A DNA stretch of 33,004 nucleotides from Candidatus Nealsonbacteria bacterium RIFCSPLOWO2_01_FULL_38_120 (GTDB taxonomy: Bacteria > Patescibacteriota > Minisyncoccia > Minisyncoccales > GWA2-38-27): positions 1-33,004 of the forward strand of contig MHMF01000002.1 of NCBI GenBank assembly GCA_001821475.1, written 5' to 3'. Positions 1 to 8,902 of this stretch are shown here, in pieces (positions within the stretch are counted from its first letter, which is position 1; the number at the start of each line of letters is the position of its first letter). The position numbers and the translations under genes are program-made. Under the pieces are notes generated by a model. The model did not search any database and was not told the origin of the DNA. It saw only the letters and a list, made by a program, of their open reading frames with translations.

Positions 1-54
1 GAACTGGACGCAGCCGTGGATATGATGGAGGGAAAATTCCCTGTTAACCTTTGA
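1..54 (+). CDS. Possible 3' end of an upstream gene (…ELDAAVDMMEGKFPVNL*), truncated by the window edge
   Basis: Frame 1 is open from base 1 to TGA at 52-54, converging 8 bp from the stop of the 63..1553 ORF; product unknown. Confidence 0.4.
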   Translation, partial: ELDAAVDMMEGKFPVNL

Positions 55-62
55 ATACTAAA

Positions 63-1553
63 TTAGAACTTAACGATCTCAAAAGATAACCGCTTATGTT
101 TTGAGGTTTTTTTATTACTGTAATCACCCTCATGTGACCATTTATCTACCTTTCGTTTCCAAACACTACCTGTTATCAATAACTTCAATTTTTTATCTTT
201 CAGATACTTTTTGAGGTACTTTGTCTTTATCATTAACAGGTGGCCATAATTAGCTAATTCAAATCTATCCTCTCCCTGCCTCCCAACATTTCGGTAATAA
301 CCATCTTGCCAATTAAGACAGTATGCTACCAATTCCCGCCCTTTATAATAATTTAATGTGTTTTTCTTTTGGGTTAATTTAAAGTGTTCTATTATCTCTG
401 GCGCGGGGAAAAGTTTTGTGCAATCATCGAAGTCCTCGGAAACAATCCCATACGAGGGAAATAATTTATCTTTCAATACATCGTGTCGATTGCCAGAATC
501 ATCCAAATATAGCCTACCATTTTGTTTTGCTTTTAATGGTAACTCATTTATATAGCAATTTCGACAACTGTAATTCGGCGTAGAAAATTCAAGCTTTCTT
601 GAAATATTAGACACTGGCGGCTTAATAAAACACGCTGTTATATGCCTATCAAACGACTTGTCTTCGTGCTTAAAACTTGAATTTTCGTATAAAGGAAACC
701 ATTCTTTTTTAGGATCAAAAAACTCATAAGTGCTCTTTTTGTTTATTTTTTGTTTAATCCAGATATTGGTTTCTGTTTTTAGTTCTGTGAAGTGCAAGAA
801 GGACGGCCTTTCTTGAACCATAAGCTGGGGCATAGAAGCGTCCCAGTTGCGCTCGTCTATTAAAAATTCTGACCAATCATCATTTCTGGCGGTTAAGTTA
901 TTAACACACCACATCAGAAACATTTGTATCCCGTGTCTGGCAAAATAATTAAGTTTCGTTTCATAACGATTGCCATCAAAATCATGTTGCCAACGTGATG
1001 GCCTCTCTTTCCAATATTGAGTTCCTTTTTTATATCCCAATGCTCTCATATAGGCAAATAATTGTTTGGTTGCTTTTTTACAATCGTATCGAAAAGTTCT
1101 ACATATACGAGACAGCTCATATTTATGATTTCTATCACCTAAGGAATACTCTAAAAAATGATCGCAATTATCGGAAAAATAATCTGCATTTTCTGACCCA
1201 TTTAACTTCGGTATAATTCTTTTAGTAATCCGATTAATGTCCAACACTTGGCCGTCAATCTTATTTAAAATATCTCTGCATAAAAGCGCTATGGAAAAAT
1301 GGTTGGTTTTTAATCCAAGTTTTGCAATTTTAGCGCTCATCGCTTTTACCTTATCCTGGTTTTCGTGGCTGATTGCAAATATAACTCTGAGACTATTCAG
1401 AACGATGTCAAAATTATTTGAATCAAGATTCAAGCCTAATTGTTTTATAGCTTCTGTATTTGACCTCTCTTTAAACAAGCACAATAAAGATTTATTGCGG
1501 TGTGCAACAATTGGCGAATTTAAATATTTAGTAATAAATTCAAGTGTATTCAT
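63..1553 (-). CDS. Hypothetical protein, probable partner or detached C-terminal module of the Avs-like STAND protein
   Basis: 496-aa ORF; ATG overlaps the upstream TGA (ATGA at 1550-1553); helical N-part and aromatic-rich beta-type C-part reminiscent of Avs2/Avs3 C-termini. Confidence 0.6.
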   Translation of the reverse strand: MNTLEFITKYLNSPIVAHRNKSLLCLFKERSNTEAIKQLGLNLDSNNFDIVLNSLRVIFAISHENQDKVKAMSAKIAKLGLKTNHFSIALLCRDILNKIDGQVLDINRITKRIIPKLNGSENADYFSDNCDHFLEYSLGDRNHKYELSRICRTFRYDCKKATKQLFAYMRALGYKKGTQYWKERPSRWQHDFDGNRYETKLNYFARHGIQMFLMWCVNNLTARNDDWSEFLIDERNWDASMPQLMVQERPSFLHFTELKTETNIWIKQKINKKSTYEFFDPKKEWFPLYENSSFKHEDKSFDRHITACFIKPPVSNISRKLEFSTPNYSCRNCYINELPLKAKQNGRLYLDDSGNRHDVLKDKLFPSYGIVSEDFDDCTKLFPAPEIIEHFKLTQKKNTLNYYKGRELVAYCLNWQDGYYRNVGRQGEDRFELANYGHLLMIKTKYLKKYLKDKKLKLLITGSVWKRKVDKWSHEGDYSNKKTSKHKRLSFEIVKF

Positions 1554-4500
1554 TTCGATAATGATAAGCGAGTAGACTTATTTACAATCCTTTTCCAATC
1601 TTCAAAAGAATATTTTTTAATTTCGGGAATATATTTATCGATACTATCAGAAGAATAGATAAAAAGCTGAGGAAGATAATAACTACTTCCAGTTAACCTA
1701 CGGATACTTAGCAATAACGCTTTTCTCAATAAGGTTCTCTTTAGGGGAAATTCTATTTTATCCAACTCTTTTATTATCTCTGTCAAATTATACTCTCGAT
1801 CGGATGCGTCTATTTGTTCTAAAACCTCCGAGCGCGTTCTTGTTAGTATCCGTTTATTGTTTGCTTCTGCCGCCTTTTTCATTATAGAGGAGAGCAATTT
1901 GGGGCTGCTTATATTTATCTTGTTTTCCAATCCCCATTTTCTAATTTTTTGCAGATCGACATCGCTAAGAGATGATACCAGTTCCACAATTAAGCTATCT
2001 GTAAAATAACCTTTTGTTTTGGCATATTCACTTATTCTTTTTTGAAGAATATTAATGCGCCCTTTTCTGGCTAAATTTTTTAACTGTTTGATATTTAAGC
2101 CATCATAAGTAACCTTGAACTCAGAATTACTTTTCTCAACCGCTCGGTATCCTTCGCATTCTAATTGCTTCAAATATTTATTAACTTTATTGACAATATC
2201 TTTTAGCGCAGAAGTAGCCAACGCAGCAACGAAGTTTCTTAATAAGTTTATTCTATATGACGGCTCAATATCTGTTTTAAGAATATCTATATATTGACTC
2301 GCCAGCTTCTCAGCAGTTGCATAATCTTCATTTGATAAAGACCATTTTATGACGGTTAGATAAACAGCAGAAATATGTTCAAAATAATCAGAGGAATTTT
2401 CCTCCTTAATATCCATCAATCTTAGAAGCGGTAAGATTTCGGAAATTTCTCTGTATGGATAGCGTTTTACAAAAGTTGATATTATCCTTCTTAATGCTTC
2501 GTTCTGATTCACCTCGCTCTTTACTACGAATGGAAAAAAATAATCCAAAGCCAGATGATAATCTGCATAAGTGGCAGATTCCAAAAAATCAAGTTTCCGA
2601 TACCACGCACCCTCTATAACATTAGAAACACGATCGATTTGCTTTAAAATTGGTGGGAATTGCTCTTTGTCCTGCGTCCTTAAAGTATCTATAAGACTGC
2701 TTATTCTTAAGTCGCCCTTATTCCAAAGACCACGAGAATATCTTAGATTTTTATCAAATATTTCCTCTGCCATCTCTGAGAAGCCTTTATCGGCAGCAAG
2801 AACGGCCAACCTCTTTAGATTATCGCTTTTATTTAAATTATCTAGTTCTTCTTTTTGTCTCCATTCTAACGCCTTATTTAAATAACCCTCTATTTTATCT
2901 TTTAGCAAAGACGATCTAACTGACGACAAATTGATTAGACTTTCTAAAAGATCAACTCGGCTATTTAAATAATCAGCGCCTAGTATATTTTCCAATTTAT
3001 TTAATGCTAACAGAAACTTGTTCGGAAATAAGGAATCTATTATAAAAAAATTATCCCTAATTAAATCTAGGATATCTTGGCTGTAGGGATATAAATTTTT
3101 TTGTATATCAGAAGAATAAATATTAGCCGAAGACTTTATCTCGTCCACCTTTTTCTTGTAAAGCTTTAAGTGAATTTCAAAAGATTTCCAGAAATTTTTC
3201 CAATCAATCTTATCCGCACGCAAAAGCAATCTCTTTTTTGTTATATCTTGTTCTATGGACAGAACTTTTACAAATTCTGGGTTTTCTTTTTCCGAGCTAT
3301 CATTTGATTGTGGAAATTTAGTTTTAAGAGAGGCTGAGTAAAACGCCTCAATATTAAAACCCTTATCTACTAAAGATTTCAACGCTACCCATCTTAAAAA
3401 TGTCTCTCGAGGGTTTCCATTAGACCCCCAATAAGAATATCCGTGATCGTGGGACGGAATTTCTATATCAACCTTAGTCAGTAGATTTAATATTCTCTTC
3501 TTGTAATTTTTAATTTTGTAGATAAATAATGCTTCTGCTAAATCAAGACGTTGGCTTACATTCCTATCGTTGTAGAGATATTTCTCCAAATCATCATCAA
3601 CGAGTAGTTTTTTAAAATCTTGCTTATCAGAAACTTTAATTCCACTGTTTTCAAAAAGTAAATACGTCAAAAGGCGTTCTATCTTAGTGGAACGTTTCAA
3701 ATTTCGAAGCGTCTCTTTTGTGTTAATTTTAAAATTTTGAAGATGTATATCTGAAAGATAGCGACACCTCAAACCTTCAAATATTGCTTTATGTTTTTTA
3801 AAGCCAACTTCTTTCTTGAGGAATCTAATAGCGTTTTTGTATCGATTTGTATTTACTAATGCGCGGGCAAACTGTTCAATATTATTTTCTATATCGTGAC
3901 GTGCATTTTCGTCCTCTCCCCAAAGCAGTTTCCGATTTAATGAAATTCTAAATAAACTATCATCAATAAATCTTTGAGCTAAATTTATACATTTTTTATC
4001 CCTGTTTTCAAAAAGGATATTTCCAATAGCTAATCTTTTAAAAACCCATTCTCGTGTTAACCAGGGTTGATCCCCCATAGGAAGCAATAACTCCTCCTCC
4101 ACTTCCTTTAACAATTTTTCGGTAGCAATCCTAGTCTTTGTATAAATATCTTCATCGTGAACAGTTGGATAAATATCGCTAGCAGTAATTGCGTAATGAA
4201 CCAACTGCTCAATATTATTAGTTTTATAAAAATAATTTACAAAACTTTTACCAATTTCTACTTTTGTTTGGTTATCAAGATTAGACTGAAGTATTTTTTT
4301 ATAGAATTGATCCCGATGAAACTTGGCAAAAATGTTCCTAACAGATAGTTGCGATAAACCAATAGCCTCTAAATGCTTAGTTATATATTTGCGGCCATAT
4401 TCCAAATGTGTATTTTGAGAATAATATTTAGAGATTCTTTGATGATAGGCGCTTTTATCTTTTGATAATTTACTTACCACAAATCTTCTAAAACTATCGT

Positions 4501-6232
4501 GGTATGGTTCAAGTTTTCTACCGCCTCCATCTAGGAAATGCTCAATAGTTTCAATTAAATGATTAAAACTGGCTATTTTAAACTTAGATACAATTTTCCG
4601 CAAATCTTCTCTTGGCACGGGCGAAAAGTGAAAACATAGATAACCTAAGCATTCTCTTTCTTGATTATTTAAACTTTCCCAAATTGGCTTATACCAATCA
4701 AAAACTTCTTTATAGTGTAAATTTGAGCGAATTATACTGTCAACGCCATCGTGGCTATGTAGTTTTTTGCTGAGATAAAATAAAGAAATGGCCAATCCGC
4801 CAGTACCTTTTTTGATAACAGCTATTTGATCCTGAGATAAAGTTATACCTGCTTGTTTAAAATATTCCTTTATTTCCTTCTCACAAAAGTAGAGGTCTAT
4901 ACTGATTTGTTTTTTGATCTTATTAGATAAATTTTTTATTGACTGTGGTAGATATTCTTTTCCCCAGGTACTTAAAAGGAAGACTACACCAGGATAGTTA
5001 ACTAATGGTATGGCATCAAGGACAGATCGATCTTTATACCTATCTGTTTCCACTTGGTCTAGAGCATCAACAATAATAACAATCTTCTTACCTGGCCTCT
5101 GAAGTGCTTTTTCGCTTAACCTCTTTAAAGCTTCATCAAAAGTCTTATCAATGAAATCCTCATTATCTTTAATACCTACAGACATTTTAATTAATCCGAA
5201 TTCATAACATCTCTGGATAATATCTGCTTTAAACCAAGAACTCTTCAAACGATTATTATTGGAATATCCAATTCTTCCCTTACTAACTTCAAATGGACGA
5301 ATGCGACAAAAATATGGTAGAAAATCTGAATTTCTATCCGCCAACATAGAAAGTAAAACAGTTTTTCCTGAACCAGAGGGAGCAAAAAGAAAAACAAATC
5401 CTCCGTCTTTTTTCTTTGCTTCAACCGCTTTAATAATTTTACTTTCAAGATCGGGACGTTCTACATAATTTGGTGGCGCAATTATTTCCTGAAGTAAGCC
5501 TGTTTTTAATCTATCAATTAGTCCGAAAACTCGCTCTGGAAGTATTTCTATCTGGTTAGATGCAAATACCTTTGTAATCCTACCAATAAAAGCATTAATT
5601 CTGTCGTCATCAAATACTCCCTGTTCTTTCAATTTTTCTACGAGCTTCTCATGTAAAGGATCGATATCAGGAAGCTTTTGGAATTGTAAAGCAGAGATAA
5701 AACTCTTCAATTCATTTTTATTAATTAAAGGTTCTTTTTTGCAGTTCAATTCAATATTTTGAATTTCAGAAGAATATTTAGTTTGAAAATTTTGCCAAGA
5801 TAATTTTCTCTTTTTTAATTTCTGAATATCTTTTAGAAAATTATCTAAGTTGCTGGTAGGAGTTTTATTGCTTGCAACAATAAGTCGAATACATTTATTA
5901 CTTTTTTTATGCGTACGCCAGCTTTTGAGAAACTTAAATATGTTTGTTCCTTCCTTAGGATTTTTAGCGTTCGGCCTAGTAGTCCACAAATCACCAAAAC
6001 CCCATTTAGTACCAGTCTTAAGTGTATGCTTAATTTGTATTACTTCGATGCTCCCATCTTTTAAAAATCTTGTTAAATCTTCAATCCTCCTATTGGCTCC
6101 GTCTTTTCTGTCTGGTTTGATTTCTATCTTAAAAACAGACGGATTCTTTTCTACAAGACCCAAAAAACAAAGACCAGCAAATAGTTTTTCAAAATAGAAT
6201 GGAGCGTCTTCATTTTTCACTACTTTAGTCAT
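1550..6232 (-). CDS. Avs/AVAST-like antiphage protein: N-terminal Cap4/Mrr-like PD-(D/E)xK nuclease + STAND (NACHT-like) NTPase + long helical repeat region
   Basis: IEDL…EVIQIKH nuclease motif; Walker A APSGSGKT; Walker B IIVDALDQ; YHDSFRRF winged-helix motif. Start placed at ATG 6232 (MTKVV) rather than 6307 because 6233-6315 looks like a divergent promoter. Confidence 0.75.
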   Translation of the reverse strand: MTKVVKNEDAPFYFEKLFAGLCFLGLVEKNPSVFKIEIKPDRKDGANRRIEDLTRFLKDGSIEVIQIKHTLKTGTKWGFGDLWTTRPNAKNPKEGTNIFKFLKSWRTHKKSNKCIRLIVASNKTPTSNLDNFLKDIQKLKKRKLSWQNFQTKYSSEIQNIELNCKKEPLINKNELKSFISALQFQKLPDIDPLHEKLVEKLKEQGVFDDDRINAFIGRITKVFASNQIEILPERVFGLIDRLKTGLLQEIIAPPNYVERPDLESKIIKAVEAKKKDGGFVFLFAPSGSGKTVLLSMLADRNSDFLPYFCRIRPFEVSKGRIGYSNNNRLKSSWFKADIIQRCYEFGLIKMSVGIKDNEDFIDKTFDEALKRLSEKALQRPGKKIVIIVDALDQVETDRYKDRSVLDAIPLVNYPGVVFLLSTWGKEYLPQSIKNLSNKIKKQISIDLYFCEKEIKEYFKQAGITLSQDQIAVIKKGTGGLAISLFYLSKKLHSHDGVDSIIRSNLHYKEVFDWYKPIWESLNNQERECLGYLCFHFSPVPREDLRKIVSKFKIASFNHLIETIEHFLDGGGRKLEPYHDSFRRFVVSKLSKDKSAYHQRISKYYSQNTHLEYGRKYITKHLEAIGLSQLSVRNIFAKFHRDQFYKKILQSNLDNQTKVEIGKSFVNYFYKTNNIEQLVHYAITASDIYPTVHDEDIYTKTRIATEKLLKEVEEELLLPMGDQPWLTREWVFKRLAIGNILFENRDKKCINLAQRFIDDSLFRISLNRKLLWGEDENARHDIENNIEQFARALVNTNRYKNAIRFLKKEVGFKKHKAIFEGLRCRYLSDIHLQNFKINTKETLRNLKRSTKIERLLTYLLFENSGIKVSDKQDFKKLLVDDDLEKYLYNDRNVSQRLDLAEALFIYKIKNYKKRILNLLTKVDIEIPSHDHGYSYWGSNGNPRETFLRWVALKSLVDKGFNIEAFYSASLKTKFPQSNDSSEKENPEFVKVLSIEQDITKKRLLLRADKIDWKNFWKSFEIHLKLYKKKVDEIKSSANIYSSDIQKNLYPYSQDILDLIRDNFFIIDSLFPNKFLLALNKLENILGADYLNSRVDLLESLINLSSVRSSLLKDKIEGYLNKALEWRQKEELDNLNKSDNLKRLAVLAADKGFSEMAEEIFDKNLRYSRGLWNKGDLRISSLIDTLRTQDKEQFPPILKQIDRVSNVIEGAWYRKLDFLESATYADYHLALDYFFPFVVKSEVNQNEALRRIISTFVKRYPYREISEILPLLRLMDIKEENSSDYFEHISAVYLTVIKWSLSNEDYATAEKLASQYIDILKTDIEPSYRINLLRNFVAALATSALKDIVNKVNKYLKQLECEGYRAVEKSNSEFKVTYDGLNIKQLKNLARKGRINILQKRISEYAKTKGYFTDSLIVELVSSLSDVDLQKIRKWGLENKINISSPKLLSSIMKKAAEANNKRILTRTRSEVLEQIDASDREYNLTEIIKELDKIEFPLKRTLLRKALLLSIRRLTGSSYYLPQLFIYSSDSIDKYIPEIKKYSFEDWKRIVNKSTRLSLSK

Positions 6233-6245
6233 AAAGTTATACACA

Positions 6246-6275
6246 CTTACATTTTCGTAATATTTTCGGTATACT
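6246..6275 (+). promoter_or_regulatory. Sigma70-type promoter of the lexA-MTase gene with an ATTTTCG direct repeat in the spacer (candidate LexA operator)
   Basis: CTTACA(6246-6251)-N18-TATACT(6270-6275); ATTTTCG at 6251-6257 and 6262-6268; ACACTTACA/TGTAAGTGT inverted repeat at 6243-6251/6275-6283. Confidence 0.55.
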
Positions 6276-6315
6276 GTAAGTGTATCACTTAAATTAAGAA
6301 ACATCAATCAAGTTT

Positions 6316-7842
6316 ATGCCTCTTCCAATAACAAAAAGACAAAAACAGGTATTTGATTTTATAAAGGGATATATTGCCGATCGAGGCTACTCTCCCACTT
6401 TTGAAGAAATGAAGAGGGGTCTTAAACTTTCGGCTGTATCAACTGTCTACCAACATATAGATGCCCTCATTAATAAAGGCTATATTAAGAAGTTTGATAA
6501 TATGGCACGGGCTATTGAAATTAATAAAACAAAGAAAAAGAATCGAGACCTTATAGAAATCCCCCTAGTTGGAACAATCGCAGCTGGCGAACCTATAGAA
6601 GCGATAGAAGTGCCAGACAAAACCATCACCCTATCACGAGAAGAACTCCCATCATCTGGTAAACACTACGCTTTGCGGGTGAATGGCAACAGCATGGTTG
6701 ACGATGGTATATTTGACGGAGATATCGTTGTAATTCGTGAACAACAAACTGCCGACAATGGACAGACGGTAGTCGCAATTATTGATGATAATCAAGCAAC
6801 ACTCAAAAGAATCTACCGAGAAAAAAATAGATTTCGTTTACAGCCAGCCAATCAAACCCTCTTGCCTTTTTACAGAACAGAGGTCGAGATTAGGGGTGTG
6901 GTAGTAAAGATCATCAGGGAGCTTGAATCAGCGCAAGATCAGGATAGCGAATTAATTAAATTAATAAAAACGATGCCGCCGACAACTAATGTACACCGAA
7001 CAGCGACATCAGAACCTAATGAGAAAGCAAAACCTTTTATACAATGGGTTGGCGGAAAAAGAGAAATGATTCCTCAATATGAAGAATTCATTCCCAAAAA
7101 ATTTAATACCTATTACGAACCTTTTCTTGGCGGGGGGGCAATGTTCTTCTGTCTCCAACCAGAAAAAGCAGTCTTATCCGACAATAATACCGAGCTTATA
7201 AAAACATATGAGGGAGTAAGAGACAACCCAGAAGAAGTTATAAAAATACTTAAAGAATTAAAATCAAAACATTCTGGAGAACTCTATGCTAAGATTAGAA
7301 ATCTCGATCGGGAGATAAGCATTTTTCATAAACTAAACAATGCTGAAATTGCAGCAAGAATGATTTACCTTAATCAGACCTGCTTCAACGGCCTTTATAG
7401 GGTCAACCAGAAAGGCCAATTTAATGTGCCAATAGGCAGTTCGCTCAATCGCTTAATTTGTGATGAGCACACGCTTCGTAATGCGAGTAAAATATTAAAA
7501 AAAATTACAATCGAAGAAACAGATTTTGATACATCAACGAACGACGCAAAAAAAGATGACTTTATATACTTTGATCCACCCTATTATCCAGTCTCAATTT
7601 ATTCTGATTTTACCAGATATACTAAAGAAAAATTCTACAAGGAAGACCAAATAAGGTTAAAAAACGAAATTGATAGATTGAACAAAATCGGCTGTAAGAT
7701 TATGCTTTCCAACTCGGATTGTGAATTTATAAGGGATTTATATGCGGGTTATAATTTACATAGGGTTTATTCCAGTCGGTCATTAAACTGCAAAAAAGAC
7801 AAGCGAGGCAAAGTATCTGAGCTTCTTATAGTAAATTATTAA
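6316..7842 (+). CDS. lexA: LexA repressor fused to a Dam-like (D12 class) DNA adenine methyltransferase
   Basis: First ~200 aa: LexA HTH (ITKRQKQVFDFI…GYSPT), Ala-Gly cleavage site IAAGEP, Ser (GNSM) and Lys (TLKR) dyad. After a linker: WVGGK, EPFLGGGA, FNGLYRVN, DPPY Dam motifs; one continuous frame. Confidence 0.9.
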   Translation: MPLPITKRQKQVFDFIKGYIADRGYSPTFEEMKRGLKLSAVSTVYQHIDALINKGYIKKFDNMARAIEINKTKKKNRDLIEIPLVGTIAAGEPIEAIEVPDKTITLSREELPSSGKHYALRVNGNSMVDDGIFDGDIVVIREQQTADNGQTVVAIIDDNQATLKRIYREKNRFRLQPANQTLLPFYRTEVEIRGVVVKIIRELESAQDQDSELIKLIKTMPPTTNVHRTATSEPNEKAKPFIQWVGGKREMIPQYEEFIPKKFNTYYEPFLGGGAMFFCLQPEKAVLSDNNTELIKTYEGVRDNPEEVIKILKELKSKHSGELYAKIRNLDREISIFHKLNNAEIAARMIYLNQTCFNGLYRVNQKGQFNVPIGSSLNRLICDEHTLRNASKILKKITIEETDFDTSTNDAKKDDFIYFDPPYYPVSIYSDFTRYTKEKFYKEDQIRLKNEIDRLNKIGCKIMLSNSDCEFIRDLYAGYNLHRVYSSRSLNCKKDKRGKVSELLIVNY

Positions 7843-7843
7843 T

Positions 7844-8902
7844 ATGAGATTTATTGGTAACAAAGAAAAATTATTAGAGCGAATTCATCAGGCCGTATTA
7901 TCTACCAGTGTCAAAGATGGCGTATTTTGCGATTTTTTCTCTGGCACTTCAAATGTCGGCCGCTTTTTCAAAGAAAAGGGGTTCAAAATTATTTCATCTG
8001 ATCTTCTTTATTTTTCATATGTACTTCAAAAAGCTTATATATCAAATAATACCGAACCAAAATTTACAAAGCTTCTTAAGAATATTAAAACGCCTAAAAA
8101 CAATCTCTTCTCTTCTCCATTTGAATCTATCAAAAATTATCTCAATAACTTAAAAGGAGTTAATGGTTTTATTTATAAAAATTACACTGAAGAAGGAACG
8201 AAAAATCAGCAGTATAAGCGAAAATACTTTATTGCAGAAAATGCAAAAAGAATCGATGCTATACGCATTAAAATAGAAGAATGGAAAGAGAAAAATCTGA
8301 TAAATGAAAACGAGTACTTTATTTTATTAGCATCTCTAATAGAAAGTGCTCCTTTCTACGCAAACATATCGGGAGTATATGCCGCATTCCTTAAGCAATA
8401 TGATCCAAGAGCGCTTAAGCGTTTTGAGATGAAATCAATAAAATTTTATTCTGGGAAAAAATCTCATGCAGTTTATAACAAGGATAGCATGGATCTTCTC
8501 AATAATCTTGATGCAGATATCCTTTATATCGACCCTCCATACAACAATAGACAATATGCACCAAATTATCATCTGTTGGAAACTATTGCTAAATATGACA
8601 ACCCCCCAATAAAAGGCGCTACTGGCCTGCGAGATTATAAAAATCAGAAATCAGATTTCTGCAACAAAGAAACTGCGCTAACTGCGCTTGATAAGATAGC
8701 AAAAACGGCTAAGTATAGATATCTAATCCTTAGCTATAATTCCGAGGGCATAATGCCAGAGAAAGATATAATGTCCGTACTAAAAAAATATGGAGAAGTC
8801 ACTCTTCAAAATATCAATTACCCAAGATTTAAGAGCAATAATAACGGAGATTCAAGGCACAAGAAAACAATCCAAGAGCAACTATATATTTTAAGAAGTT
8901 AA
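7844..8902 (+). CDS. DNA adenine methyltransferase, D12 class (FokI-M-like domain)
   Basis: MRFIGNK, DFFSGTSNVG (motif I), YIDPPYN (motif IV), LSYNSEG. Confidence 0.9.
   Translation: MRFIGNKEKLLERIHQAVLSTSVKDGVFCDFFSGTSNVGRFFKEKGFKIISSDLLYFSYVLQKAYISNNTEPKFTKLLKNIKTPKNNLFSSPFESIKNYLNNLKGVNGFIYKNYTEEGTKNQQYKRKYFIAENAKRIDAIRIKIEEWKEKNLINENEYFILLASLIESAPFYANISGVYAAFLKQYDPRALKRFEMKSIKFYSGKKSHAVYNKDSMDLLNNLDADILYIDPPYNNRQYAPNYHLLETIAKYDNPPIKGATGLRDYKNQKSDFCNKETALTALDKIAKTAKYRYLILSYNSEGIMPEKDIMSVLKKYGEVTLQNINYPRFKSNNNGDSRHKKTIQEQLYILRS

Noticed and set aside
39..55. CCCTGTTAACCTTTGAA resembling the tRNA segment CCTGCAACCTTGAA as a left att site
   Set aside because: Short, gapped match inside a probable coding end; no copy of the tRNA 3' end, so the island boundary remains unknown
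6233..6307. N-terminal extension of the STAND ORF from the ORF track
   Set aside because: Non-ATG start 8 bp from the divergent lexA start and spanning its promoter; ATG 6232 is more plausible
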